Shown here one piece after another: positions 46,777-56,187 of a DNA stretch of 64,000 bases (positions within the stretch are counted from its first letter, which is position 1; the number at the start of each line of letters is the position of its first letter). The stretch spans positions 36,150 to 100,149 of the forward strand of contig CAMBGQ010000001.1 in the NCBI GenBank assembly GCA_945866215.1. The letters run 5' to 3'. The stretch comes from Opitutus sp. GAS368 (GTDB taxonomy: Bacteria > Verrucomicrobiota > Verrucomicrobiia > Opitutales > UBA953). The notes beneath the pieces were generated by a model. It had not been told where the DNA came from. It saw only the letters and a list, made by a program, of their open reading frames with translations, and made no database searches. The translations under genes were made by a program, and so were the position numbers.

Positions 46777-48177
46777 ATGTCTCAATTCGATCTCGTCGTA
46801 ATCGGCTCCGGCCCTGGTGGCTATGTCGCCGCCATCAAAGCCAGCCAGCTGGGCCTCAAGGTGGCCCTCGTGGAGAAGGACAACACCCTCGGCGGCACCT
46901 GCCTCAACGTGGGCTGCATCCCATCCAAAGCCCTGCTCCACTCCACGGAAGTCTACCACCAGGCGATGCACGGCAAGAAGCACGGGCTGGTCGGCGCGGA
47001 GAAACTCTCTTTCGACGTATCCGCGATGCTCGCGAACAAGGACAAGGTCGTCGCCCAGCTCAACATGGGCGTCGGCGCGCTCCTCAAGAAGCGTGACATC
47101 GAAGTAGTCCGTGGCCTCGGTCGTCTCGCCAAGCCCGGTGAGGTGCTGGTCCGCTCCACCGCGGGCGACCGCACGCTCGAAACCAAGAATATCCTGATCG
47201 CCACTGGCTCCGTCCCGATTGAGCTCCCGTTCATGAAGTTCGACGGCGAGACCGTCATCTCCTCCGACCACGGTATCGCGCTCAAGTCCGTGCCCGCCAA
47301 AATGGTGGTCGTCGGCGCCGGCGCCATCGGCCTCGAGCTTGGTTCGGTCTGGGCGCGCCTCGGCTCCCAAGTTACGGTCGTCGAGATGCTTACCGCCATC
47401 GGCGGTCCTTCCTATGATGCCGACGTCGCGAAAGCGGCCCAGGGCGCCTTCGAGAAACAGGGCATCAAGTTCGAGCTCGGCGCCAAGGTGACCGGCGTCA
47501 AGAAGCTCGCCGATGGCTCCGCCCTCACGGCCGAACGCGACGGCAAGCCCCTCGAATTCTCCGCCGATAAGATCCTCGTCGCCGTCGGCCGTAAGGCCAA
47601 CACCTCTGGCCTCGGCGCCCAGGAAGCCGGGCTCAAGCTCGACGAACGCGGACGCGTCATCATCGACGCTCACTACCAGACCAATCTACCGGGCGTCTAC
47701 GCCATCGGCGACGTCGTCGCCGGCCCCATGCTCGCGCACAAGGCCGAGGACGAAGGCGTCGCCGTCGCTGAAAATCTCGCCGGTAAGCCTGGCCACGTGA
47801 ACTACGGCATCATCCCTGGCGTCATCTACACCGATCCGGAAGTCGCGTGCGTGGGTCTTTCCGAGTCCGAGGCCAAGGCGAAGAATATCGATGTGGCCAT
47901 CGGCAAGTTCCAACTGGCCGGCAATGGTCGCGCGATCGCCTCAGACTGCACAACCGGTTTCGTCAAGATCGTCGCCTGCGCCAAGACCGACAAACTCCTC
48001 GGCGTCCAGATGGTCTCCCGGGGCGCCTCGGAGATGATTGCCGCCGCCTGCGCCCACATGGAATACGGCGGCAGCGCCGAAGACGTGGCGCGGACGTGCT
48101 TTGCCCACCCGACCGTCAGCGAATCCTTCAAGGAAGCCGCGATGGCCGTCAGCAAGATGAGCATTCACTCGCTCTGA
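46777..48177 (+). CDS. lpdA: Dihydrolipoyl dehydrogenase (E3)
   Basis: VVIGSGPGGY, redox disulfide GGTCLNVGCIPSK and C-terminal FAHPTVSE. Confidence 0.95.
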   Translation: MSQFDLVVIGSGPGGYVAAIKASQLGLKVALVEKDNTLGGTCLNVGCIPSKALLHSTEVYHQAMHGKKHGLVGAEKLSFDVSAMLANKDKVVAQLNMGVGALLKKRDIEVVRGLGRLAKPGEVLVRSTAGDRTLETKNILIATGSVPIELPFMKFDGETVISSDHGIALKSVPAKMVVVGAGAIGLELGSVWARLGSQVTVVEMLTAIGGPSYDADVAKAAQGAFEKQGIKFELGAKVTGVKKLADGSALTAERDGKPLEFSADKILVAVGRKANTSGLGAQEAGLKLDERGRVIIDAHYQTNLPGVYAIGDVVAGPMLAHKAEDEGVAVAENLAGKPGHVNYGIIPGVIYTDPEVACVGLSESEAKAKNIDVAIGKFQLAGNGRAIASDCTTGFVKIVACAKTDKLLGVQMVSRGASEMIAAACAHMEYGGSAEDVARTCFAHPTVSESFKEAAMAVSKMSIHSL

Positions 48178-48269
48178 AGCGGAGACCTCCTTATCGCACG
48201 AAAGGGTGCGAATAATACCCCCTCTGAGCGGCCGTCCCTCCCAAACGAGAGGAAGGCGTCGATTGAAAA

Positions 48270-48375
48270 TGCAGGGGCCAGGCTTGCCACGGCACACGGA
48301 TGAACTGACTGCCGTTGCTTCCTTCCGGACCTGGCGGGATTCGTCGGCCACCCATTGCATGGGGCCTGGCTTACC
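48270..48375 (-). ncRNA. ffs: Signal recognition particle RNA (small bacterial 4.5S type)
   Basis: The minus strand reads ...CCCGCCAGGUCCGGAAGGAAGCAACGGCAG...CCGUGUGCCGUGG.... This matches the domain IV core of E. coli 4.5S RNA (GGUCCGGAAGGAAGCAGCC ... GUGUGCCGG). GCCAGGC (48370-48364) can pair with GCCUGGC (48283-48277) to close a roughly 94-nt hairpin. A U-run follows the 3' end. Ends are approximate. Confidence 0.75.
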
Positions 48376-48379
48376 AATA

Positions 48380-48408
48380 TGTATGCCTACCGACTCCGTT
48401 CTTTTCAA
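48380..48408 (-). promoter_or_regulatory. Possible sigma70-like promoter for the SRP RNA
   Basis: On the minus strand: TTGAAA (48408-48403), a 17-nt spacer, then CATACA (48385-48380). This places the transcription start near the first helix of the RNA. The -10 element is weak. Confidence 0.25.
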
Positions 48409-48441
48409 TCCTCAACTTAACCCCTAAGCATTCCTTCTCCG

Positions 48442-51165
48442 ATGGCTGAAATCCCGAAATCCTACGAGCCCCAAGGGGTCGAACAGCAGTGGTATGACCG
48501 CTGGGTAGAGGCCGGCTGCTTCCGGGGCAAGGTCGACCCGACCCGTGGGGCGTTCGCGGTCATGATCCCTCCACCCAACGTCACGGGGGTCCTCCACATG
48601 GGACATCTGCTCAATAACACGCTGCAGGATATCATGGTTCGCCGGGCCCGTCAGGAGGGAAAATCGGCCCTCTGGTTGCCCGGCACCGATCACGCTGGCA
48701 TCGCCACCCAATCCCGCGTCGAGAAGGAGCTCAAGCAGAAGGAAGGCAAGACGCGCCATGACCTCGGTCGCGAAAAATTTATCCAGGTCGCCGCCGATTG
48801 GCGCGACAAGCATGGCGGCATCATCCTCGGCCAGCTCCGTAAGCTCGGTGCATCCTGCGACTGGGACCGGACGGTGCACACGCTCGACGCCGGCTATTCC
48901 CAAGCGGTCCTCCAGACGTTCGTCACCCTCTACGAACGCGGCTACGTCTACCGCGGCAAGCGCATGGTCAATTGGTGTCCAGTCTCGCAGACCGGCCTCT
49001 CCGACGAAGAAGTAATCATGAAGCCCTCCAAGGGCTCGCTCTACCGGATGCGCTACGAGGTCGCCGAGCTCCCCGGCACCTATCTCGAGATCTCGACCAC
49101 ACGCCCCGAGACCATCCCGGGCGACGCCGCCGTCGCGGTCCACCCCGAGGACGAACGCTACCAGCATCTCATCGGCAAGCACGTCTGGCGTCCCTTCCCG
49201 CGCGCCCAGATCCCGATCGTCGGCGATACTGCAGTCGAGAAGGCCTTCGGTACGGGCGTCCTAAAGGTCACTCCAGCGCATGACCGCACCGACTTCGATA
49301 TCGGCAAGCGGCACGACCTACCGGTCCTCGACGTGATGAACCCCGATGGCACGATGAACGCGGCGGCAGGCCCGCTCGCTGGCGTGGAGCGTTTCAAGGC
49401 CCGGGCGCTGGCCGAAAAGCTCCTCGAAGAACTCGGGGCACTGGTGAAGACGGAACCCTACGAGAACAACGTCGGCTATTCCGAACGGGCCGATGTGCCC
49501 ATCGAGCCTCGCCTCAGCGAACAATGGTTCATCCGCTATCCGAAGGTCGAAGAGGCCAAACGCGCCGTCACGGCGGGCATCATCAAGTTTCACCCGGAAC
49601 GCTGGACCAAGACCTATCTGCACTGGCTCGAAAACATTCAGGACTGGTGCGTCAGCCGTCAGCTCTGGTGGGGGCACCGCATCCCGGTCTGGTATCGCAA
49701 GGGCGCCGATCGTAACGACCCGCGCAACCTTCACGTCTCCCTGACCGCCCCGGGTGACGCGGCCGCTTGGGAACAGGATCCCGACGTGCTGGATACCTGG
49801 GCCTCCTCTTGGCTCTGGTGCCTCGCGACCATCGGCTGGCGCAAGCCCGGGGAGACGAACGAAGAGCTCAAACATTGGTATCCGACCGGCGCCCTCGCGA
49901 CCGGCCCCGACATCATTTTCCTCTGGGTGGCCCGCATGATTATCGCAGGACTCGAACTGCACGGACCCGAGAAGAAGACTCTGACCGACGACGAGATTCG
50001 CCAGCGCGTTCCATTCCGGCGGGTCTACTTTAACGGTATCATCCGCGATAAGCTCGGCCGCAAGATGTCCAAGTCCCTCGGCAACTCCCCTGAACCCCTC
50101 GATCTCATCGCGAAGTTCGGCGCCGACGGACTGCGGTTCGGCCTGCTGTCCATCGCCCCCAAGGGCCAGGACATCCTGTTTGACGAAGATCGCGTCGGCC
50201 AAGGACGTAACTTCTGCAACAAGCTCTGGAACGCCGCCCGCTTCCGCCAGATGTCCGGCCCGATGGCCGATAACTCGACGCTCGCCGCCGTGGTCGTTCG
50301 CCTCAACCCCGCGCAGCTCGACGATGATGACTACGCCATCCTGCAAGGCCTCGCCGAGCTGACCGACGGCACGACCAAGCACCTCGACGAACACGAGTTC
50401 ACGGCCTACGCGCAAGGTCTCTACGCCTTTTTCTGGGGTGACTTCTGCGACTGGTATGTCGAAGCCTCCAAGGTCCGCCTCAAGGACCCCGCCCTCGTGG
50501 GCAACTGCCTCGCGGTGCAGGATCTCGTCCTCCGCCAGTTCCTTCTGTTGCTTCACCCCGTAGCCCCGTTCATTTCCGAAGAGCTCTGGCATCTGCTGGG
50601 TTACGGACCCGAGCAGGATTTCATCCAGAACCACCATACGGGCTCGGGCGGCGACCTGCTCCGCGTCCTCCGTGAGCACAGCATCAAGCTGAGCGCTGCC
50701 AAGGTCGGCGACGTCGCCCTGCTCCGCGAGTTTGTCGCCTCGGTCCGCGGGCTCAAATCCCAGGCTAACCAAGCCACCCGGCGCGACGCAGTCATCACGG
50801 TCGTCGCCAAGGATGCCACGGCCAAGAAAATCCTGCAGGCCAACCGCGACAAACTTAGCAATATGGCCGGCCTCGCCGAGATTGCCTTCGCCGATGACGC
50901 CGGTGACCGCACCGGGGTGCTCACCGCGCTGGGCACGGTGATGCTCGAACTCTCCGGGTCGGTCGACGTCGCTGGCGAGAAGGTCCGTCTGGGCAAGGAA
51001 CTCGCCAAGCTCGAACAGGCGGTCGCCGCCGGCGAGGCCAAACTGACCAATGAGGCGTTCGTCTCCAAGGCCCCGCCGAAGATCCTCGATGGCGCCCGCA
51101 AGCAGCTCGACGAAGCCAAGGCCAAGCGCGACGAGATTGCGCGCATGCTCACCACGCTCGGCTAA
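48442..51165 (+). CDS. valS: Valyl-tRNA synthetase
   Basis: HIGH region PPPNVTGVLHMGH, KMSKSLGN and a C-terminal coiled-coil; 907 aa. Confidence 0.96.
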   Translation: MAEIPKSYEPQGVEQQWYDRWVEAGCFRGKVDPTRGAFAVMIPPPNVTGVLHMGHLLNNTLQDIMVRRARQEGKSALWLPGTDHAGIATQSRVEKELKQKEGKTRHDLGREKFIQVAADWRDKHGGIILGQLRKLGASCDWDRTVHTLDAGYSQAVLQTFVTLYERGYVYRGKRMVNWCPVSQTGLSDEEVIMKPSKGSLYRMRYEVAELPGTYLEISTTRPETIPGDAAVAVHPEDERYQHLIGKHVWRPFPRAQIPIVGDTAVEKAFGTGVLKVTPAHDRTDFDIGKRHDLPVLDVMNPDGTMNAAAGPLAGVERFKARALAEKLLEELGALVKTEPYENNVGYSERADVPIEPRLSEQWFIRYPKVEEAKRAVTAGIIKFHPERWTKTYLHWLENIQDWCVSRQLWWGHRIPVWYRKGADRNDPRNLHVSLTAPGDAAAWEQDPDVLDTWASSWLWCLATIGWRKPGETNEELKHWYPTGALATGPDIIFLWVARMIIAGLELHGPEKKTLTDDEIRQRVPFRRVYFNGIIRDKLGRKMSKSLGNSPEPLDLIAKFGADGLRFGLLSIAPKGQDILFDEDRVGQGRNFCNKLWNAARFRQMSGPMADNSTLAAVVVRLNPAQLDDDDYAILQGLAELTDGTTKHLDEHEFTAYAQGLYAFFWGDFCDWYVEASKVRLKDPALVGNCLAVQDLVLRQFLLLLHPVAPFISEELWHLLGYGPEQDFIQNHHTGSGGDLLRVLREHSIKLSAAKVGDVALLREFVASVRGLKSQANQATRRDAVITVVAKDATAKKILQANRDKLSNMAGLAEIAFADDAGDRTGVLTALGTVMLELSGSVDVAGEKVRLGKELAKLEQAVAAGEAKLTNEAFVSKAPPKILDGARKQLDEAKAKRDEIARMLTTLG

Positions 51166-51166
51166 G

Positions 51167-51907
51167 ATGATCCACACCCGGCTACACTCCAACAAGCAAT
51201 CCGCTGCGCAGGCGGTCGCCCGGGAGATAGCCGACCTGATTAAGATACGCTCGAAATCGGGCAAGCCGACCGTGCTGGGGCTGGCCACGGGCTCCACGCC
51301 GCTCCCTCTCTACGCCGAACTGATCCGCCTCCATCGCGAGGAGGGCCTGAGCTTCCGCTCGGTCCTTACGTTCAACCTCGACGAATATGAGGGCCTCGGC
51401 GCCGACCACCCGCAGTCCTATCGCTTCTTTATGGAAGCGAACCTGTTTCGCCACCTCGACATCCCCGCGGCGAACATCCGCATCCCCGACGGGTTGGCGA
51501 AAGACGCGGCCCGCCATTGCGCCGACTACGAGGCGGCCCTCCGCGACGCCGGTGGCCTCGATTTGCAGATCCTCGGCATCGGCCGCAACGGGCACATCGG
51601 CTTCAACGAGCCGCCCTCCGCCATCGACAGCCGGACCCGCCGGATCACCCTCGACGCGCTCACGCGCCGGGATAACGCAGTCTTCTTCGGCGATTCCACC
51701 CAGATTCCGCAAGGCGCACTCACGATGGGCGTCGCCACCATCCTCGAGGCGCGCCGGGTGGAGCTCCTCGCCTTCGGCGAAGGCAAGGCGGAGATCGTCG
51801 CCCGCGCCCTCAACGAAACCCCTTCCGCCGTCTGCCCGGCGACGTGGTTGCAACACCACCCTGCCTGCACTTTCCACCTCGACGCGGCCGCCGCCAGGGA
51901 CCTCTGA
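51167..51907 (+). CDS. nagB: Glucosamine-6-phosphate deaminase
   Basis: VLGLATGSTP, TFNLDEY and GIGRNGHIGFNEP motifs. The ATG lies 1 nt after the valS stop. Confidence 0.88.
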   Translation: MIHTRLHSNKQSAAQAVAREIADLIKIRSKSGKPTVLGLATGSTPLPLYAELIRLHREEGLSFRSVLTFNLDEYEGLGADHPQSYRFFMEANLFRHLDIPAANIRIPDGLAKDAARHCADYEAALRDAGGLDLQILGIGRNGHIGFNEPPSAIDSRTRRITLDALTRRDNAVFFGDSTQIPQGALTMGVATILEARRVELLAFGEGKAEIVARALNETPSAVCPATWLQHHPACTFHLDAAAARDL

Positions 51908-51915
51908 GACCGAAG

Positions 51916-53298
51916 ATGGACGTCACCCCGCGCCATCGCTCCGTCATCGACCCTGGATTATTGCCCGCGGCCCTCTGGACCCGTGCCTACCTTCGCCGTT
52001 GCGACACCACGGCGGGATCTTCGGACCTGACGATTGCGCTCCGGCGGGCAACTGGCGCGACTTCGCTCTACCAGACGCAGGTATTGGCCCCCGGGATAGA
52101 TGACGTCGCGACCTACTTCCATGTCGAACGCACGTTGAAGTTCCTACTCTGGTCTCGCGGCGGCGCCGAGGTCCTACTCAGCGGCGCGCAAGCGGCTCCG
52201 CTTTGCGCCAAACTCCAAGCCGACTATGCCGTCCGGGGTCCGCGCGCATTCGACGCAGACTTCTTTCGCAAGGTCTTCGCGCGGCCGTTGACCTTCTCGA
52301 CCGCGCCGAAAATCGAGACGTCCGCGGCCGGCGATGCCCGCCTCCCGCGCGGCCGCCACCTCGATGGCTGTCGTATCGGTTTCGACCTCGGGGGCTCCGA
52401 CCGAAAATGCGCCGCGCTCATCGACGGTAAGGTGGTGTTCTCTGAAGAAGTGAAGTGGGATCCCTACTTCCAGACCGACCCCCGCTACCATCTGGAGGGT
52501 ATCCGCGCCTCGCTTGCGCTCGCCGCCCGCCACCTGCCGCGCGTCGACGCCATCGGGGGCTCCGCGGCCGGCATCTATGTCGACAACCAGGTGCGCATCG
52601 CCTCGCTCTTCCGTGGTGTCACGGATCCGCAGGTCTTCGACGCCCAAGTCAGGAATATCTTCGTGGATCTCGCCCAGGAGCATGCCGTGCCCTTCGAGGT
52701 GCTCAATGACGGCGATGTCACCGCATTGGCGGCGTCGATGTCGCTCGGTCGTAACGCTGTCCTCGGCGTCGCCATGGGCACCAGCGTCGCCGCAGGCTAC
52801 ATCGACCCGGCAGGTGACCTCACCGATCGGCTCAGCGAGCTGGCCTTCGTGCCCATCGATTTCCGCCCGGACGGACCCGTCGACGAATGGTCGGGCGACC
52901 GCGGGTGCGCAGTCCAGTATTTCAGCCAGCAAGGAGTGGGACGGCTGCTGCCTTTGGCCGGCATCATCCTGCCTCCTTCGCTGAAACTCCCCGAGCAGCT
53001 CGAGGAACTCCAACGCCTCATGCTCGCCCGCGATTCACGCTCCCGCCTCGTCTACGAGGCCATCGGGATTGCCTTCGGCTACGCGATTGCCCACTTCGCG
53101 AGCTTCTACGAGCTAGACTGCCTCCTGATTATGGGCCGCGTCACGTCCGGCCCAGGCGGGTCAGTCATCATCGAACAGGCCAACCAAGTCCTGCAGGACG
53201 AATTCCCCGAACTTCGCATCGACCTCATCGTGGCAGATGAGAAAGATAGGCGTCATGGTCAGGCTATCGCAGCCGCCTCCCTCCCCTCCCTTCGCTGA
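51916..53298 (+). CDS. ROK-like / ASKHA-superfamily sugar kinase with about 170-aa N-terminal extension
   Basis: IGFDLGGSDRKCA phosphate-1 motif, VLNDGDVTALA and GVAMGTSVAAGYI. The canonical ROK zinc motif is not evident. Confidence 0.6.
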   Translation: MDVTPRHRSVIDPGLLPAALWTRAYLRRCDTTAGSSDLTIALRRATGATSLYQTQVLAPGIDDVATYFHVERTLKFLLWSRGGAEVLLSGAQAAPLCAKLQADYAVRGPRAFDADFFRKVFARPLTFSTAPKIETSAAGDARLPRGRHLDGCRIGFDLGGSDRKCAALIDGKVVFSEEVKWDPYFQTDPRYHLEGIRASLALAARHLPRVDAIGGSAAGIYVDNQVRIASLFRGVTDPQVFDAQVRNIFVDLAQEHAVPFEVLNDGDVTALAASMSLGRNAVLGVAMGTSVAAGYIDPAGDLTDRLSELAFVPIDFRPDGPVDEWSGDRGCAVQYFSQQGVGRLLPLAGIILPPSLKLPEQLEELQRLMLARDSRSRLVYEAIGIAFGYAIAHFASFYELDCLLIMGRVTSGPGGSVIIEQANQVLQDEFPELRIDLIVADEKDRRHGQAIAAASLPSLR

Positions 53299-54170
53299 TG
53301 ATCCCCCTCAACCCTCAAGCGCGCCTCATGGTTCCGGACGGGATGGACGGACCCGCGGCCCTCCGCCGGACGACCCACCTCGGCATCGGCGCCCATCAAG
53401 ACGACCTGGAATTCATGGCCTTCCATGGCATCCTCGCCTGCTACGACAGCGCCGACCGTTGGTTCGGCGGCGTGACCGTCACCGACGGACGCAGTAGCTC
53501 GCGCGCGGGGCCGTTCAAGGATTGGACCGATGCCCAAATCGCCGCCGAACGTATTCGCGAGCAGGAAGCCGCGGCCGTCATCGGCCAATATGCCTTCATG
53601 GCCCAACTGGGCTTCGACAGCGCCGCCGTCCGCGCCGCCGGGCAATCCGCCGTCCGCGCCGCCGGGCAATCCGCCGTCCGCGACGACCTCCGCCACCTAC
53701 TCGAAATGGCCCGCCCCGAGACCGTCTACCTCCACAACCTCGCCGATAAACACGACACCCACGTCGGCTGCGCGTTGCGCTCCCTTGAGGCCATCCGGCA
53801 GCTACCCAAAGCCGACCGCCCCCAGCGGGTCTACGGCTGCGAGGTCTGGCGCGACCTCGACTGGCTGGTCGATAACGAGAAGAGCACCCTGCCGGTCTCG
53901 GCCCGCCCCGAGCTCGCCCGCGCGCTCAACGAGGTTTTCGCCACGCAGATCGCCGGCGGCAAACGTTACGACCTCGCCGTCCTTGGTCGCCGTGCCGCCA
54001 ACGCGACCTTCGGCCATGCCCATGCCTCCGACCAAGAAACCGCCGTGCAATGGGCGATGGACCTCACCCCGCTTGCCTTGGACGACGATCTCGATCCGCT
54101 CGCCTATGCGACCGGCTTTATCGACAGGCTCAAGGCCGACGTCGCCGCCCGCCTCCGCCGTTTCCTCTGA
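53298..54170 (+). CDS. PIG-L / LmbE-family deacetylase
   Basis: GIGAHQDDLEF is a variant of the AHPDDE metal-binding motif, followed by later HxDH-type residues. TGATG overlap with the upstream gene. Confidence 0.7.
   Translation: MIPLNPQARLMVPDGMDGPAALRRTTHLGIGAHQDDLEFMAFHGILACYDSADRWFGGVTVTDGRSSSRAGPFKDWTDAQIAAERIREQEAAAVIGQYAFMAQLGFDSAAVRAAGQSAVRAAGQSAVRDDLRHLLEMARPETVYLHNLADKHDTHVGCALRSLEAIRQLPKADRPQRVYGCEVWRDLDWLVDNEKSTLPVSARPELARALNEVFATQIAGGKRYDLAVLGRRAANATFGHAHASDQETAVQWAMDLTPLALDDDLDPLAYATGFIDRLKADVAARLRRFL
53625..53682 (+). repeat. 24-bp in-frame tandem repeat (2.4 copies) inside the PIG-L gene
   Basis: GCCGTCCGCGCCGCCGGGCAATCC occurs twice, followed by GCCGTCCGCG. It encodes AVRAAGQS-AVRAAGQS-AVR. 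Confidence 0.95.
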
Positions 54171-54172
54171 CC

Positions 54173-55078
54173 ATGAAGCCCACCCTCCTTGTCCTCGCCG
54201 CTGGCATGGGTAGCCGCTATGGTGGTCTCAAGCAGATCGATCCGATGGGCCCATCCGGCGAAACCATCCTCGACTACTCGGTCTTCGACGCCCTCCGCGC
54301 TGGCTTCGGCCAGGTGGTGTTCATCATCCGGCCCGACTTTGAGCAAGATTTTCGTGAGCGTATCGCGGCGAAATTCGCTGGCCGCATCGACGTCGGTTTC
54401 GCCTTCCAGACCATCGACCAGCTCCCCGGCGACTTCACCGTCCCGGCTGGTCGCGAGAAACCCTGGGGGACAACGCACGCGATTCTCTGCGCCCGCGACG
54501 CCGTCCATGCTCCCTTCGCCGTGATCAATGCCGATGATTTCTACGGACGTGATTCCTACGCCACGCTCGGCCGCTATCTCGCGACCCTCTCCCCAGCGTC
54601 GACGGCATATGCGATGGTCGGCTTCACGCTAAAGAACACCCTGTCCGACCATGGCACCGTCGCCCGCGGAGTCTGCCGGACAGATGCGTTCGGTAAACTG
54701 ACCGACATCCAGGAACTGCTGAAGATTGCCCGGCTTCCCCTCGGCGCGGAGAACCATGGCGAAGATGGTGCGGTCACGCCTCTCACGGGCGAAGAACCAG
54801 TCTCGATGAACATGTGGGGGTTCACGCCCGCAATCTTCCCCCAGTTAGAGGCTGATTTCCGCGCCTTCCTTACGGCCAAAGGGGCGGAGATGAAAAGCGA
54901 AGCTTATATCCCGATGTCCGTCGGCAACCTCGTCCGCGGCGGTCAGGCCACGTGCCAGGTCCTGCGTTCCGATTCGACTTGGTTCGGCGTGACCTACCGG
55001 GAGGACAAGCCGCTGGTCCAAGCCAGCATCGCTGGGCAGGTCGCCAGCGGCGCCTACCCGGCCAACCTTTGGAAATGA
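54173..55078 (+). CDS. Sugar-phosphate nucleotidyltransferase (NTP-transferase family)
   Basis: N-terminal LVLAAGMGSRYGGLKQ nucleotide-binding loop; about 300 aa. The ATG lies 2 nt after the upstream stop. Confidence 0.75.
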   Translation: MKPTLLVLAAGMGSRYGGLKQIDPMGPSGETILDYSVFDALRAGFGQVVFIIRPDFEQDFRERIAAKFAGRIDVGFAFQTIDQLPGDFTVPAGREKPWGTTHAILCARDAVHAPFAVINADDFYGRDSYATLGRYLATLSPASTAYAMVGFTLKNTLSDHGTVARGVCRTDAFGKLTDIQELLKIARLPLGAENHGEDGAVTPLTGEEPVSMNMWGFTPAIFPQLEADFRAFLTAKGAEMKSEAYIPMSVGNLVRGGQATCQVLRSDSTWFGVTYREDKPLVQASIAGQVASGAYPANLWK

Positions 55079-56187
55079 CGATGACCGTCGCCGGAAAAGA
55101 GGTCCTCGGCATCGCTCGCGCATTCGATTTCACCGGCGAAATCCTGCAGGCCCCGCCTTACGGCAGCGGACACATCAATGACACTTTCAAGGTGGAGGTG
55201 AAGGCTTCTTACGGGCCAACCCATTTCCTGCTCCAGCGCATCAATCACCAGGTCTTCCGCCAGCCAGATGAACTCATGGCCAATATCGAACGCGTCTGCG
55301 CCCACGCCTACGCCAAACTACAGCAGGCCGGCGTGCCCGATGCCGAACGCCGCTGCCTTCGCCTGATTCCGACCCGGTCCGGTAAGTCCTGGCTCGTCGA
55401 TGCCACCGGTAACCGCTGGCGCTGCTACCATTTCATTGAGGGTGCGACCGGCCATGACGTAATCCGTACGCCCACCCAGGCCCAAGCGGCGGCGCGATCG
55501 TTTGGCGCCTTCCAAGCTTTGCTGGCCGATCTGCCGGGCGGCCGCCTCAACGAGACCATCCAAGACTTCCATCATACGCCCTCCCGCTATGCCCGTCTCC
55601 TGCAGGCCTTAGCCCACGATCGACATGGTCGAGCGGCGGCCGCCGTCCCCGAGATCGCCTTCGCGCTCGCCCGAGGGCAGGAGGTATCGGTGGTCGTAGA
55701 CGCCTTGCGCACCGGCGAACTGCCCGAGCGTGTCACGCACAATGACACGAAGCTGAACAATGTCTTGCTCGACGACGTCACGCAAGAAGGCGTCTGCGTG
55801 ATCGACCTCGACACAGTGATGCCCGGCTCGGCGCTCTATGATTTTGGGGACCTCGTTCGCACTTCTACCTCGCCCGCCGCCGAGGACGAAACCGACCTCG
55901 CCAAGATTCGAATGCAATTTCCGATGTTCGAAGCCCTCGTTCGAGGCTACCTGAGCTCCGCCGGCGGCTTCCTCACGCCGCGGGAAAAGAGCCTCCTGCC
56001 TTTCGCCGGCAAGCTCATCACCTTCGAGATCGGCCTGCGTTTCCTCACCGACTGGCTGGAAGGCGACACCTACTTCAAAATCACGCGACCCACCCACAAC
56101 CTCGACCGCGCCCGTACCCAATTCAAGCTGGTCGAATCCATTGAAGCCCAGCTGCCCGCCATGCAGGCTTGCGTCGACCGCGCATGA
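55075..56187 (+). CDS. APH-family sugar anomeric kinase, N-acetylhexosamine 1-kinase (NahK)-like
   Basis: PYGSGHINDTF, RVTHNDTKLNNVLLD, IDLDTVMPGS and LLPFAGKLITFEIGLRFLTDWLEGDTYF closely resemble my recollection of Bifidobacterium NahK. ATGA overlap with the upstream gene. Confidence 0.8.
   Translation: MTMTVAGKEVLGIARAFDFTGEILQAPPYGSGHINDTFKVEVKASYGPTHFLLQRINHQVFRQPDELMANIERVCAHAYAKLQQAGVPDAERRCLRLIPTRSGKSWLVDATGNRWRCYHFIEGATGHDVIRTPTQAQAAARSFGAFQALLADLPGGRLNETIQDFHHTPSRYARLLQALAHDRHGRAAAAVPEIAFALARGQEVSVVVDALRTGELPERVTHNDTKLNNVLLDDVTQEGVCVIDLDTVMPGSALYDFGDLVRTSTSPAAEDETDLAKIRMQFPMFEALVRGYLSSAGGFLTPREKSLLPFAGKLITFEIGLRFLTDWLEGDTYFKITRPTHNLDRARTQFKLVESIEAQLPAMQACVDRA

Noticed and set aside
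46699-47673. 324-aa ORF on the minus strand
   Set aside because: It is antisense to lpdA, a Gly/Asp/Glu-rich shadow frame.
48274-48370. Imperfect direct repeat GGGGCCAGGC / GGGGCCTGGC flanking about 80 bp; considered as possible mobile-element or att-like repeats
   Set aside because: The repeats contain the mutually complementary cores GCCAGGC and GCCTGGC. These form the closing helix of the SRP RNA on the minus strand.
49318-51297. 659-aa ORF on the minus strand
   Set aside because: It is antisense to valS, which has HIGH and KMSKS motifs, so it is a GC-rich shadow ORF.
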